From Psychrobacter cryohalolentis K5 (GTDB lineage Bacteria; Pseudomonadota; Gammaproteobacteria; Pseudomonadales; Moraxellaceae), in contig NC_007969.1 in NCBI RefSeq assembly GCF_000013905.1, positions 1,380,001 through 1,412,000 on the forward strand: a stretch of 32,000 bases of DNA, in the 5' to 3' direction. The notes under the pieces are model-generated. The model was not told the DNA's origin. It saw only the letters and a list, made by a program, of their open reading frames with translations, and did no database searches. This document shows positions 9,405-19,393 of this stretch, in pieces. The translations under genes and the position numbers were made by a program. How positions within the stretch are numbered: the stretch's first letter is position 1; every line of letters starts with the position of its first letter.

Positions 9405-11243
9405 TTAATTAGATTGCGTTGTACCGTACTTAGTATTGAAGTAAAAGTCGTAAGATGATTTTGCCGCTAGAGTAAATATTTTGGTTTTAATTAAACCATT
9501 ATTACCGATAGCCACACTATCAGAAGCATAGTCATTTGGCTTATAAAGTGGTGCAATCAGTTTTGAGTCGACTACGGCCCCTTTTTCTCCCTTCTTTTGA
9601 AGCATATCTTGCATTATGAAGTTATCAATAGAAAGGTTGGCGCGATTGGTTGCCGTAATTTTATAGGCAATACAGTTTCCAGGCTCAATATTGTCAATAG
9701 GTTTAGTACTAAAACCACTATTAGGGTTGTCAGCAGCGGTATTGCTAATAGTAGGGTAATCAATAGTCGCCGGACAGCTATTTACATATTGGTATTTTAT
9801 AAGTACTAGAGCAGCATTTTCAGCAGCGACTCTACCAAAATTATTGGTATCATAAAAATATTTGTTCGTCACTAAATCCACTTGTTTTTTACTATTAGTA
9901 GTGCGAATAGGGTGTGTATTCGTACTGTTTTCTTCTATCAAACAGACAGTGTTTTTGCCGCTCAGATTGGCAATGGGCGTTCTAAGTTGATATTGCCCAA
10001 CACCAGTCATAGGTAAATTTTCACTAGCGTAAACTATATCTGAGTTGTTGCAATCGACTAGTTTAATAGTACTGTTAGAAATTCCGCTTTCGGAAACGGC
10101 ATCAAAAATACCGTTAAAGTAGCCAGAGTTATTGATTTGTGGATTGGTATTACCACCATTATCGTTAAATACTGTTCCTGAAAAAACATAATAGAGAGGT
10201 TCGCTTTCTACCCCGAAGCTGAGCCATTCATTATAGGTTTCTCCAACCACATCCGCTTCAATAGCACTATTACCTCTCATGATGCCTTCGTAAGTTAAGG
10301 TGACAGTCTTGGCATTCTTAACCGCAAGAACATAGTTGCTGTCCGTATTAGCGATACCATAGCTGACGTAGCTGCTATTATTAGCTATGATGTCGTTTAC
10401 GTTCAATGCCCGATAAGTCGTCTGATTATTGGGACTGGTAGAGGTTTCTTTTAGAATATTGGTAAAGGTGGGCATAGGGGGCAAGGTACCTCTTTTTTGA
10501 CCAGATGCAAAAGATACTTGTCCACTACTATTGGTAGTAGGCGTAAACGAGCTACTATTACCACTACCGTTAAGCGCAGTGATTCCGTAATAATATAAGC
10601 CGCTATCCCCACCATTTGAGCTATCGAAGCGTAGCTGTGGCAAGGTAACCGTATTGTTAGAGCTAAAGCTATTTCCAGCCAGTTTTTTACCCATAAAATA
10701 ATCACCCATGGCATTATAAAAATAGGGGACGTTTGGATTATTTCTGATGGTAGCTTGCGCAGGCGTACTAATTTGACTATTTTGGGTAAAGCTTAATGTT
10801 TGACGTGCAATCTCTGAGTTACCACCCAGTGAATAGCTAGCTTGACCAACTTTTATGGTATGTATAGAAGCATTGTCATCAGGAGTAATAGTAAAGGTGT
10901 ACTTGAACTTATCTCTATCAATACTAGTATTAGAATCATTCCTGATTTCAATACCATTGGTGCGCGTACCACTAGCTGGTGTTATCTCAGCGCTATTGTT
11001 ATAACCAATATTTTCATTGCGAACTAAAGTAAAACTACCGGTAGCACCAGAACCTGCTGCTACATATGTGCCAGAAGCAGTACCAGCCGAAGCATTAGAG
11101 CTGGTAACTGTCATACTACCCATATTTGTTGGTGCAGCCTGCAAATTAAATGACGCCGCCATAAGAGTAAGCGTAAGACCTCGCTTCGCCCATAACGAAA
11201 AAGAAGTTGGAAGAGTAAGTAAAACAAAAAAGCGAGCGGTCAT
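9405..11243 (-). CDS. Orphan 612-aa secreted Asn/Ser/Thr/Gly-rich protein with an SdrD-B/Cna-B-like segment and a DUF11-like C-terminal segment (adhesin-like, function unknown)
   Basis: Long uninterrupted ORF with AGGA 6 nt before the ATG at 11243. N-terminal signal-like region ends ...KRGLTLTLMAASFNLQA/AP. Motif FSGTVFNDNGGN...NNFGRV covers aa 351-470, and EPGNCIAYKITATNRANLSIDNFIMQDML lies in the C-terminal part. Confidence 0.8.
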   Translation of the reverse strand: MTARFFVLLTLPTSFSLWAKRGLTLTLMAASFNLQAAPTNMGSMTVTSSNASAGTASGTYVAAGSGATGSFTLVRNENIGYNNSAEITPASGTRTNGIEIRNDSNTSIDRDKFKYTFTITPDDNASIHTIKVGQASYSLGGNSEIARQTLSFTQNSQISTPAQATIRNNPNVPYFYNAMGDYFMGKKLAGNSFSSNNTVTLPQLRFDSSNGGDSGLYYYGITALNGSGNSSSFTPTTNSSGQVSFASGQKRGTLPPMPTFTNILKETSTSPNNQTTYRALNVNDIIANNSSYVSYGIANTDSNYVLAVKNAKTVTLTYEGIMRGNSAIEADVVGETYNEWLSFGVESEPLYYVFSGTVFNDNGGNTNPQINNSGYFNGIFDAVSESGISNSTIKLVDCNNSDIVYASENLPMTGVGQYQLRTPIANLSGKNTVCLIEENSTNTHPIRTTNSKKQVDLVTNKYFYDTNNFGRVAAENAALVLIKYQYVNSCPATIDYPTISNTAADNPNSGFSTKPIDNIEPGNCIAYKITATNRANLSIDNFIMQDMLQKKGEKGAVVDSKLIAPLYKPNDYASDSVAIGNNGLIKTKIFTLAAKSSYDFYFNTKYGTTQSN

Positions 11244-11298
11244 TCAATATCCTAAAAACAAAGGCAAATCATTTTATTAATTAAGGATAAATGAGATG

Positions 11299-12525
11299 TC
11301 AAATTCCGCAAGGCGCATCAATAGAGGCAATCACGCCGCCGCCTAGACAAACTTCATCGATATAAAATACCGCTGATTGACCGGGAGTAACGGCACGTTG
11401 TGGCTCATCAAATACCACTCGTACCTCACTACCATTTTCATTGTTAGCAAATACGGTACAAGCTTGGTCAGGCTGACGATAGCGCGATTTTGCCATACAA
11501 CGTAAGCCATCTTCGCTAAATATATCTGCAGGCGGTAAAACATCGACCCAATCGAGCTTATAAGCTTGTAGCTCATTACTCAGCATCATGGCATGCTCGT
11601 GACCTTGTCCAACGATCAAACGGTTGTTATCTAAGTCTTTTGCGAGTACAAACCATGGTTCTTCGGGACGATCTTTCACTCCGCCAATACCAATACCACC
11701 GCGCTGCCCTAATGTATAGTACATAAGACCATCATGCGTACCGATAGTAATACCATCGTCAGTAACGATATCGCCTTTTTGTGCCGGCAAATACTGCTGT
11801 AAAAAGTCTTTAAAACGGCGCTCGCCAATAAAACAAATACCAGTTGAATCCTTTTTATTGGCGGTAATAAGGTCATGCTCTTCAGCGATTTGACGAACGA
11901 CTGGTTTTTTGAGCTCACCAACTGGGAACAGGGTTTTGGCAAGCTTGTCACCGCCAACCGCATGTAAGAAGTAGCTTTGGTCTTTATTATTATCGAGCCC
12001 ACGTAGCAATTGAGCCACTTCAATACCGTCATTATTCTTATAGTTCACACTGCGGCGGGTATAGTGACCAGTGGCGATATAATCAGCACCAAGCGTTAAG
12101 GCATAGTCTAAGAATGCTTTAAACTTGATTTCTTTATTACATAAAATATCGGGATTTGGCGTGCGACCCGCTTTATATTCCGCTAAAAAATGCTCAAAGA
12201 CGCGATCCCAATATTCCATGGCAAAGTTGGCGGTATGCAGTTTTATGCCAATTTTGTCGCACACCGCTTGCGCATCTGCTAAGTCATCCATCGCTGTACA
12301 ATATTCGGTACCGTCATCTTCTTCCCAGTTCTTCATAAACAGACCTTCGACCATAAAGCCTGCCTGCTGAAGCAATACGGCAGACACAGAAGAGTCGACT
12401 CCGCCTGACATGCCAACAATCACATGCTTAGTGCTAGGATCATTGATATCGGCAAGCGTTAGAGGGCGATGGGCGTCAAAAGAAGTAGAAGCTGATGTGT
12501 TAGAAGCGTTTGGTATGGCTGACAT
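11299..12525 (-). CDS. mnmA: tRNA 2-thiouridine(34) synthase MnmA
   Basis: PP-loop [15 protein letters not shown], plus [10 protein letters not shown] and DQSYFL motifs. The track start 12537 is TTG, and ATG 12525 (MSAIPN...) is preferred. There is an Asn/Ser/Thr-rich N-terminal extension. Confidence 0.9.
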   Translation of the reverse strand: MSAIPNASNTSASTSFDAHRPLTLADINDPSTKHVIVGMSGGVDSSVSAVLLQQAGFMVEGLFMKNWEEDDGTEYCTAMDDLADAQAVCDKIGIKLHTANFAMEYWDRVFEHFLAEYKAGRTPNPDILCNKEIKFKAFLDYALTLGADYIATGHYTRRSVNYKNNDGIEVAQLLRGLDNNKDQSYFLHAVGGDKLAKTLFPVGELKKPVVRQIAEEHDLITANKKDSTGICFIGERRFKDFLQQYLPAQKGDIVTDDGITIGTHDGLMYYTLGQRGGIGIGGVKDRPEEPWFVLAKDLDNNRLIVGQGHEHAMMLSNELQAYKLDWVDVLPPADIFSEDGLRCMAKSRYRQPDQACTVFANNENGSEVRVVFDEPQRAVTPGQSAVFYIDEVCLGGGVIASIDAPCGI

Positions 12526-12783
12526 AAAGCGGCTCAACTATTTATACGTTCTCCAAAATACATATTGACGCCAAAATTATGCAATGACTACCATGCGTAG
12601 TCTCAGCAGAACGACGTCGGCTTATCTTTTGGATTGGGTATTATGATAAAATAAGCGTCATATTATACCAGTTAATTGAAACTGGTGGCGAGCTAAGGCA
12701 TCTTACTGGCGGTAAAATCGCTTTAAAAATTTAGATAATGGTTTTCAATTATCCTAATCACCATTAATTTACTTGGAATGATA

Positions 12784-13284
12784 ATGATAAAAATTGGTCA
12801 AGGTATTGATGTTCATGCGTTTCATAATAATGGTCAACAGCAGCAATATGTGGTGCTGGCAGGTGTGCCTATTGATCATACGCACAGCTTACTTGCGCAT
12901 TCTGATGGTGATGTAGTACTGCATGCACTTGCTGACGCTTTGCTTGGCGCCTTGGCACTTGGCGATATCGGGCAACATTTTCCAGATACTGATGCGGCAA
13001 ATGCGGGTTTAGATTCACGCGTACTACTTCGTTATGTGTATGGCAAAGTGTTAGCGGCAGGTTATATATTGGGTAATGCTGATATTACCGTAATGTGTGA
13101 GCGTCCAAAACTGGCACCACATAATTTAGCCATGCGCGCTAACATCGCTAGTGATTTGCAGACCGATGTGAGTAATATCAGTGTTAAGGCAACCACCACT
13201 GAAAAATTGGGCTTTACCGGTCGGCAAGAGGGTATTATGGCCAATGCCGTGGTATTATTGGTGCCGAATGCGTCTGGTGTTTAA
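12784..13284 (+). CDS. ispF: 2-C-methyl-D-erythritol 2,4-cyclodiphosphate synthase
   Basis: [47 protein letters not shown] and [13 protein letters not shown] match E. coli IspF almost collinearly. An alternative ATG at 12778 would add 2 codons. Confidence 0.9.
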   Translation: MIKIGQGIDVHAFHNNGQQQQYVVLAGVPIDHTHSLLAHSDGDVVLHALADALLGALALGDIGQHFPDTDAANAGLDSRVLLRYVYGKVLAAGYILGNADITVMCERPKLAPHNLAMRANIASDLQTDVSNISVKATTTEKLGFTGRQEGIMANAVVLLVPNASGV

Positions 13285-13433
13285 TTCTCAATAGTATATC
13301 AGTGCGTATGATTATGGCTGTCAGCTTTCAAAACTGCTTGCAATATGGTTAAGATTGCCCCATGTAGCAGCCACATGATAAATTTAATGTTACCTGTCTT
13401 TTTTATAAATAGTTTTAATTAATAGGAGTTTTT

Positions 13434-13784
13434 ATGAGTGAGCAAACCCCAAATACTGCTGCCAACGATATTGAACAACTGATTCGTAACCAAATCAAAG
13501 ACAACAAAGTCATTCTATATATGAAAGGCTCACCGCAGTTCCCACAGTGTGGTTTCTCTGCCAAAGCGATTGAAGTCTTGACACAAATTGGTCGCCCATT
13601 TGCTTTCGTCAATATCTTAGAAAATCCAGAAATCCGCGCAACGTTACCACAAATTGCTAATTGGCCAACTTTTCCGCAGCTATGGATTGATGGTGAATTG
13701 ATGGGCGGATCAGACATTATTTTACAAATGTATCAATCAGGCGAGCTTAAGCCTTTGGTTGAAGCAAATAGCCCAGCTGCTTAA
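13434..13784 (+). CDS. grxD: Monothiol (Grx4-type) glutaredoxin
   Basis: CGFS active site in VILYMKGSPQFPQCGFS, WPTFPQLWIDGELMGGSDI, and AGGAG 5 nt before the ATG. Confidence 0.9.
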   Translation: MSEQTPNTAANDIEQLIRNQIKDNKVILYMKGSPQFPQCGFSAKAIEVLTQIGRPFAFVNILENPEIRATLPQIANWPTFPQLWIDGELMGGSDIILQMYQSGELKPLVEANSPAA

Positions 13785-13874
13785 TATCGAAAGCACTTTA
13801 TATCGACGTTTAATGCTTAAATATCTAAATGGCATTAAGATGTTAATATAATTGATATTCGAGCCTAAGTACCC

Positions 13875-13914
13875 AAATCCGAGTCGCCTTATTAAAGGTT
13901 GCTCGGATTTTTTA
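13875..13914 (+). terminator. Intrinsic terminator downstream of grxD
   Basis: Stem aaatccgag...ctcggattt with an inner cctt/aagg extension, followed by a T-run (13908-13913). Confidence 0.7.
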
Positions 13915-14032
13915 ATATTGACAGTCAGCAAGTTCAATTGTTTTTGCCAGCTTTATCCCCATATAACTCTTAATATCGATATTCAATACCTCGAAACATT
14001 AAGAAACATTGAATCAATAATAAGAGAGTTCT

Positions 14033-14560
14033 ATGACTAACGAATTAAATAGCCACACCACTCAAATACAAGATGCCGAGCAAGCTGCGATTGAAAAACG
14101 TCGCGAGCACTTAAAAAATGAATCCACGCGCATCATTGAAATCGCCGGCAATGAGCCACATTCAGCGCTTAAATGTATTCATCAGCTTAGCGTGGCAGGC
14201 GGCGCAACAGAAGCCACTTATATTGCGATTGAACAGCGTATCGTCGCGGATCAAGATGCTGCCGGTGCCTATCATTTGGCGTTATTGGCACAGAATACGC
14301 CAGATTTACCCATTGATGCGCGTCAACTTATTGAACTGGTCGTTAATAAAGGTGATAACGCTCAGCGTTTGGCATTACTTAAAAACTTGCCACTACCACC
14401 TGTTGAGACAATAAAACAGCATATATTAGCGAGTGATGATGGAGATGCGATTGGGCAGATGAATGCTTATTTACAGATTAATCCAGAAGGCTATGGCAGC
14501 CAACATATGCTGGCGAGTGGGCAGGCGGATCGTATTGTGCCGCTTAGTCCTGGCAAATAA
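14033..14560 (+). CDS. Orphan 175-aa acidic, predicted helical cytoplasmic protein, function unknown
   Basis: ORF with AAGAGAG 4 nt before the ATG, no signal peptide, and no motif I recognise. It is bracketed by the grxD terminator and the mnmG upstream region. Confidence 0.6.
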   Translation: MTNELNSHTTQIQDAEQAAIEKRREHLKNESTRIIEIAGNEPHSALKCIHQLSVAGGATEATYIAIEQRIVADQDAAGAYHLALLAQNTPDLPIDARQLIELVVNKGDNAQRLALLKNLPLPPVETIKQHILASDDGDAIGQMNAYLQINPEGYGSQHMLASGQADRIVPLSPGK

Positions 14561-14677
14561 GTCCTGACAAATAAACGTTGGGAATGAGCATTGGTAAATG
14601 CTGTCAACGTTAATCAAAATTTCTTGATCGTTAATCTCAATAGTTTTTCGTATAACGTTTTTTAAATGATAAAAAAT

Positions 14678-14686
14678 TGTTATAAT
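14678..14686 (+). promoter_or_regulatory. Extended -10 element TGtTATAAT, candidate mnmG promoter
   Basis: Exact TGnTATAAT match about 150 nt upstream of the mnmG ATG. There is no good -35. This is a sequence match only. Confidence 0.25.
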
Positions 14687-14836
14687 TAATGGTTATCTAT
14701 TCAGCTAATAGTGGCTTGTTCTATATTCTAGTCGCTATTTCTTTTTTAAATTCGACTGACACTTATCTACCCAGTTCCTGTTATTAAATAATAGCCTGTC
14801 GCTAAGCATAGCGTGATCAGTCAAGTGAGGCATTAC

Positions 14837-16735
14837 ATGCAATACCCAAAAAATTACGACGTGGTGGTGATCGGTGGCGGTCATGCTGGCACAGAAGCTG
14901 CTTTGGCGGCCGCACGTATGGGCGCGCAAACCTTGCTGTTGACGCATAATATTGAAACGCTGGGACAGATGAGCTGTAACCCTGCGATTGGTGGTATTGG
15001 TAAATCGCATTTGGTGCGTGAGATTGATGCACTTGGCGGCGCAATGGCACTGGCAACGGACAAATCTGGCATCCAGTTTCGAGTACTTAACAGTCGTAAG
15101 GGTGCCGCTGTACGAGCCACTCGAGCGCAAGCAGATCGTATTCTTTATAAAGCCGCCATTCGTCATACGTTAGAGAATCAGCCAAACCTTGATATCTTCC
15201 AACAAGCAGCCGATGATATTCTAGTTGAAAACGGTCGTGCCACAGCGGTTGTGACTGCTACTGGTATTATTTTTAATACGCAAACGGTCGTGTTAACATC
15301 AGGTACGTTTTTAGGCGGGGTGATTCATATTGGTCTTGAGAGCTCAAAAGGTGGTCGCGCAGGCGATCAACCTTCTATCAAGCTTGCTGATCGTTTACGT
15401 GAGCTGAAACTCCCTGTTGGTCGCCTAAAAACAGGTACTCCCGCCCGTATTGATGCGCGTAGTGTTGACTTTAGTGTGATGACGGTACAGCCGGGTGATA
15501 CACCGCTACCGGTCATGAGTTATATGGGCGATGTGTCCATGCATCCTGAGCAGGTTAATTGTTATATAACTCATACCAATGCGCGTACCCATGATATTAT
15601 TCGTGAAAACTTAGATCGCTCACCGATGTTCTCTGGCAAAATCGAAGGTGTTGGTCCACGTTATTGTCCATCTATTGAAGACAAAATTCATCGCTTCGCT
15701 GATAAAGACAGTCATCAAATCTTTATTGAGCCTGAAGGTCTGACCACTCATGAGCTATATCCAAACGGTATCTCAACCAGCTTGCCGTTTGATGTACAGT
15801 TAGAATTTATTCATAGTATGAAAGGCTTAGAGAACGCTCATATTACCCGTCCAGGCTATGCGATTGAATACGATTATTTTGATCCGCAAAACCTAAAACC
15901 AACGCTTGAAACCAAATCGATTGACCGCTTGTACTTTGCCGGTCAAATCAATGGTACAACTGGCTACGAAGAAGCAGGCGTACAGGGTTTATTAGCTGGT
16001 ACCAATGCCGCTCTAGTCACCTGTGAGAACAATGAGTTTGATGTCTGGACACCACGCCGTGATGAAGCCTATCTTGGCGTGCTTGTCGATGATTTGATTA
16101 CGCATGGCACCACTGAACCATACCGCATGTTTACCAGTCGTGCAGAGTATCGCTTATTGCTACGTGAAGACAATGCTGACCAACGTTTGACTGAAACTGG
16201 TCGTAAGCTTGGCTTAGTAGATGATGTGCGCTGGCAAGCATATGAAGAAAAAATGGAAGCCATTGCTTCAGAAACCGCACGCCTCAAAGATATGTGGGCA
16301 ACCCCTGCCAATGCATTGGGCAAAAAAGTCACAGAGCAAACGGGCGAGGTGCTATCCAAAGAGGCAACAGCTTTTGATTTGCTCAAGCGTCCGCAGATTC
16401 ATTTTGCTGATATCGCTGCCATCACTGATTCGCAAGTAGATGCCCAAGTGGGAGAGCAGATTGAAATTTCTGTTAAATATGCAGGCTATATTGATCGTCA
16501 GCAAGAAGATATTGATCAGATGAAGAGATTGGAGAATACAGCGCTACCAATAGATTTTGATTATAGTGTGGTATCTGGGTTGTCTAATGAGATTGTCCAA
16601 AAACTTGCGCAAGTCCGTCCGTCAACATTGGCTCAAGCGGGACGTATCAGTGGTGTCACACCGGCTGCTATCCAGCTACTAGCAATGACGGTCAAGAAAC
16701 AGAAAAAAGTGAAAGCAGCATTAAACGCGTCATAA
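14837..16735 (+). CDS. mnmG: tRNA uridine-5-carboxymethylaminomethyl modification enzyme MnmG (GidA)
   Basis: [19 protein letters not shown] fold, [35 protein letters not shown] and [14 protein letters not shown]. The track start 14813 is GTG, and ATG 14837 follows GTGAGG at 6 nt. Confidence 0.95.
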   Translation: MQYPKNYDVVVIGGGHAGTEAALAAARMGAQTLLLTHNIETLGQMSCNPAIGGIGKSHLVREIDALGGAMALATDKSGIQFRVLNSRKGAAVRATRAQADRILYKAAIRHTLENQPNLDIFQQAADDILVENGRATAVVTATGIIFNTQTVVLTSGTFLGGVIHIGLESSKGGRAGDQPSIKLADRLRELKLPVGRLKTGTPARIDARSVDFSVMTVQPGDTPLPVMSYMGDVSMHPEQVNCYITHTNARTHDIIRENLDRSPMFSGKIEGVGPRYCPSIEDKIHRFADKDSHQIFIEPEGLTTHELYPNGISTSLPFDVQLEFIHSMKGLENAHITRPGYAIEYDYFDPQNLKPTLETKSIDRLYFAGQINGTTGYEEAGVQGLLAGTNAALVTCENNEFDVWTPRRDEAYLGVLVDDLITHGTTEPYRMFTSRAEYRLLLREDNADQRLTETGRKLGLVDDVRWQAYEEKMEAIASETARLKDMWATPANALGKKVTEQTGEVLSKEATAFDLLKRPQIHFADIAAITDSQVDAQVGEQIEISVKYAGYIDRQQEDIDQMKRLENTALPIDFDYSVVSGLSNEIVQKLAQVRPSTLAQAGRISGVTPAAIQLLAMTVKKQKKVKAALNAS

Positions 16736-16767
16736 TAATGTATTAATGACTTAAAAAATAGAAAAGC

Positions 16768-16806
16768 AAAAAGCCCATATCGAGAAGTCGTTACGGGCTT
16801 TTTTTA
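16768..16806 (+). terminator. Intrinsic terminator after mnmG
   Basis: aaaaagccc...gggcttttttt, a GC-clamped stem followed by T7. Confidence 0.65.
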
Positions 16807-16985
16807 TTGCCAAAATACTACCGTTGTTAAAAGAAAGAGGTGTACTCACTTGTCTTGGTTGCTGCTTTCTCTTTATACTGGCTCTACGAATTACCAACTC
16901 TATTGTTATTACTTATATCTTTTTTATTAATTTACCTCGCTATTGTCCACATTATGATGGGCTTGTCACTAAATTGAGCCTATTT

Positions 16986-17945
16986 ATGATTGATGCCATT
17001 ATTTTTGCTATGACCATCGTCTTGCCCAACCTTGCCTTAATGTGGTTAGGTTTTTTTATGAAAAGACGCGGTGAGGCGGATCAAGTGTTTATCGATCAGG
17101 CCTCCAGTTTCGTTTTTAATTATTGTCTGCCATGTCTGCTGTTTTTTAGTGTGGTCGATAGTGACGTTGATTATGCGAAGCAAGTGGTATTGATAGGCGC
17201 TGGTATTGTGGTGACCTTTATATTGTTTATCGGCTCTGAGCTCTATGCCAAGCGCTTTATCAGCGACCCTGCCAATCAAGGGGTTTTTGTACAAGGTATC
17301 TTTCGCAGCAATATGGCGATTATTGGACTGGCAACCGTTGCCAACGCCTATGGGACGACTGGCTTAAGTATTGGCGCGGTATATATGGGTGTGGTAACAA
17401 TACTGTTTAATATCTTAGCGGTGATTACGCTCAGCCGAGTGTCTAAGAGTATAGAGGATACTTGGCTCAGTCGTAGTACCATGATTATTAAAAAGCTATT
17501 TACCAATCCGCTCATCATTGCACTCGTTGCAGCCTTTACTTATAAAGCATTGCCACTACCACCGATAGCGGGTGTGATTCATATCACCGGTGGGTTATTA
17601 GCAGCAGTTGCTTTACCGCTTGCACTGATTTGTGCCGGTGCCAGTATTAATTTGAAATCGATGTTGCATCCTTCTGGACTTTCTATGCAGGCAAGCATTG
17701 GACGCATTGTTATTGCACCGTTGGTTGCTATAGCGGTTGGTTTTGCTTTTGGCTTAACGGGCGTACATATGGGCGTACTGTTTTTGATGGTCGCATCACC
17801 AACAGCAGCAGCAAGCTATGTGATGGCAAAAGCGATGGGTGGCAATGATATTTTAGCGGCCAATATTTTGGCATTTACGACAGTAGTTGGTATGTTTGGA
17901 ATGGCGATTGGCGCAGCAATATTACGCGCTATGGGGCTAATTTAA
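16986..17945 (+). CDS. AEC (auxin efflux carrier) family transporter
   Basis: About 10 hydrophobic segments and an AEC-like N-terminus MIDAIIFAMTIVLPNLALMWLGFFMKRRG. 319 aa from ATG 16986 fits the family length. The track start 16824 is TTG and would begin inside the terminator-proximal region. A possible TTGTCT-N18-TATACT promoter lies at 16850-16879. Confidence 0.75.
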   Translation: MIDAIIFAMTIVLPNLALMWLGFFMKRRGEADQVFIDQASSFVFNYCLPCLLFFSVVDSDVDYAKQVVLIGAGIVVTFILFIGSELYAKRFISDPANQGVFVQGIFRSNMAIIGLATVANAYGTTGLSIGAVYMGVVTILFNILAVITLSRVSKSIEDTWLSRSTMIIKKLFTNPLIIALVAAFTYKALPLPPIAGVIHITGGLLAAVALPLALICAGASINLKSMLHPSGLSMQASIGRIVIAPLVAIAVGFAFGLTGVHMGVLFLMVASPTAAASYVMAKAMGGNDILAANILAFTTVVGMFGMAIGAAILRAMGLI

Positions 17946-18028
17946 CCACTGCTTAATGGATGACTACATATTTATAAAACAGTGGTTAAATCAAAAGACA
18001 GTTATTAAGAAGTTATCAACCCCTGTTT

Positions 18029-18067
18029 AAAAAACCTCCTCATCGTTTAAGAAGGGGAGGTTTTTTT
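18029..18067. terminator. Bidirectional intrinsic terminator between the convergent AEC transporter and LLM oxidoreductase genes
   Basis: aaaaacctcctc / gaggggaggttttttt. The cctcctc/ggggagg stem is flanked by an A-run and a T-run, and it ends 2 nt from the LLM stop codon. Confidence 0.8.
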
Positions 18068-18069
18068 AG

Positions 18070-19089
18070 TTATACAAATGCTTTTGTTGGTTGTAAATCA
18101 AACAAATTAAGCTCAGAGACAAGCTCAAGTGAGCGCAAACGTGCTGCTTGGTCATAGATGTTTGCTGTCACAATCAGCTCATCGGGCTGATGAGTAGCAA
18201 GAAATGCTGCAAGCTTTGGCTTGACAGTTTTAACAGAACCGATAAACGATACCGACAACGCACTATCCACCATCATTTTCTCAGCAGCGCTCCAGATACT
18301 ATCCATATCATGAGTAGGCTTTGGCATTTGACCTGTTTCACCACGGCGTAAACGCACAAAGCTCTGCTGTGCTGAGGTAAAGTGATAATGGGCGGTCGCA
18401 TCATCGTCCGCAAGCAATAAATTTGCCGCTAGCATGACATAAGGCTTGTCTAAGTAAGCTGATGGTCTAAATTGCTCGCGATAAGCATTGATAGCTTGCC
18501 CAAGCATTTGCGGTGCAAAGTGTGAAGCAAACACATATGGCAATCCTAAGTGCGCTGCTAAGGTCGCACCAAAAAGGGAAGAACCTAGTATCCAAATAGG
18601 AATATTGGATTTTGCACCCGGAAATGCTTGTACGGGACTATCATCTGTGCCATTCCCCAAAAAGTACATCAACTCTTGCACATCTTGTGGAAAGCGATCA
18701 GCATCTTGCATCTGGCGACGTAATGCCTGAAAAGTTGCACCGTCTGTACCGGGCGCACGACCCAAACCCAAATCTACGCGGTCGCCATATAATGCTTGCA
18801 GGGTACCAAACTGCTCAGCAATGACGAGCGGGGCATGATTGGGCAACATCACACCACCTGCGCCAATACGTATACGCTTGGTCTGAGCACCAATATGCGA
18901 CAATAGCACTGACGTCGCTGCACTAGCGATACCGGGCATATTATGATGTTCTGCCATCCAATAGCGGTTTAAGCCAGATTTTTCGGCTTGCTGCGCTGTT
19001 TCAACGGTTTGGGCGACACCTTCAGCAATGCTTTTACCTTCAGGAACGGGGGCTAAATCTAAGAAGGATAAGGGAATAGAGTTACTCAT
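18070..19089 (-). CDS. LLM-class (luciferase-like) flavin-dependent oxidoreductase, YhbW-like
   Basis: N-terminus [14 protein letters not shown]...[22 protein letters not shown]...[20 protein letters not shown]...[10 protein letters not shown] is typical of the YhbW/MsnO8-type LLM family. Length is 339 aa. Confidence 0.85.
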   Translation of the reverse strand: MSNSIPLSFLDLAPVPEGKSIAEGVAQTVETAQQAEKSGLNRYWMAEHHNMPGIASAATSVLLSHIGAQTKRIRIGAGGVMLPNHAPLVIAEQFGTLQALYGDRVDLGLGRAPGTDGATFQALRRQMQDADRFPQDVQELMYFLGNGTDDSPVQAFPGAKSNIPIWILGSSLFGATLAAHLGLPYVFASHFAPQMLGQAINAYREQFRPSAYLDKPYVMLAANLLLADDDATAHYHFTSAQQSFVRLRRGETGQMPKPTHDMDSIWSAAEKMMVDSALSVSFIGSVKTVKPKLAAFLATHQPDELIVTANIYDQAARLRSLELVSELNLFDLQPTKAFV

Positions 19090-19357
19090 AAATCACCTGT
19101 TTTTAGATGCCATATGATTAATGGCAGTATTATTTATTATGCATTTATAAGAGCCTCAGCTTGCGTAGTTATTATTCAACTAGTCATATAAGTATCACTA
19201 TGCAAGTCCTGAACGCTTTACCTTCTATATAATGGGGCGGTTAAATAAGATATAAAGGTCAGTATTCATGTCAATAACAAATCTTAATCATATGAGATAT
19301 AGAGGATAAGGGCAGTTGGTTTAGTCAGACGTCGACTAGAAAAGAATAGTTCACAAG

Positions 19358-19393
19358 AAAAAGCATCATTATCTAAAAATAATGATGCTTTTA
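19358..19393. terminator. Perfect 12-bp hairpin with T-runs on both strands inside the LLM / cysB-like spacer
   Basis: aagcatcattat (19361-19372) / ataatgatgctt (19379-19390) with a 6-nt loop. The + strand continues ttatgagtattttt and the - strand continues tttttcttgtg. Confidence 0.55.

Noticed and set aside
11017-11280. 87-aa plus-strand ORF antisense to the 5' end of the 612-aa gene and spanning the mnmA-proximal spacer.
   Set aside because: It has an Ala/Pro/Val-rich mirror-frame composition typical of antisense to a Ser/Gly/Thr/Ala-rich region, no Shine-Dalgarno, and it would run head-on into the well-supported start at 11243.
14561-14836. Possible replication origin or DnaA-box cluster upstream of mnmG (gidA is oriC-adjacent in many Gammaproteobacteria), and the absence of rsmG downstream of mnmG.
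   Set aside because: I found no TTATCCACA-type box. The best words (ttatctacc, ttatctatt) have 2-3 mismatches, and there are no AT-rich 13-mer repeats or GATC clustering. mnmG is followed by its own terminator. The missing rsmG linkage alone is not evidence of anything unusual.
14735-15166. The 143-aa minus-strand ORF antisense to mnmG, and the many similar nested or antisense ORFs in the track (for example 573-770, 1176-2111, 2386-2652, 4979-5266, 6437-7240, 11343-12370, 13415-13717, 14817-15173, 16069-16439, 18148-18824, 25320-25767, 26233-27132, 27459-27686, 28050-29734).
   Set aside because: All lie entirely inside strongly supported conserved genes in other frames or on the other strand. 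They have skewed, low-complexity or Cys/Arg/His-rich compositions and no Shine-Dalgarno. This is the expected background for ORFs of 60-140 codons.
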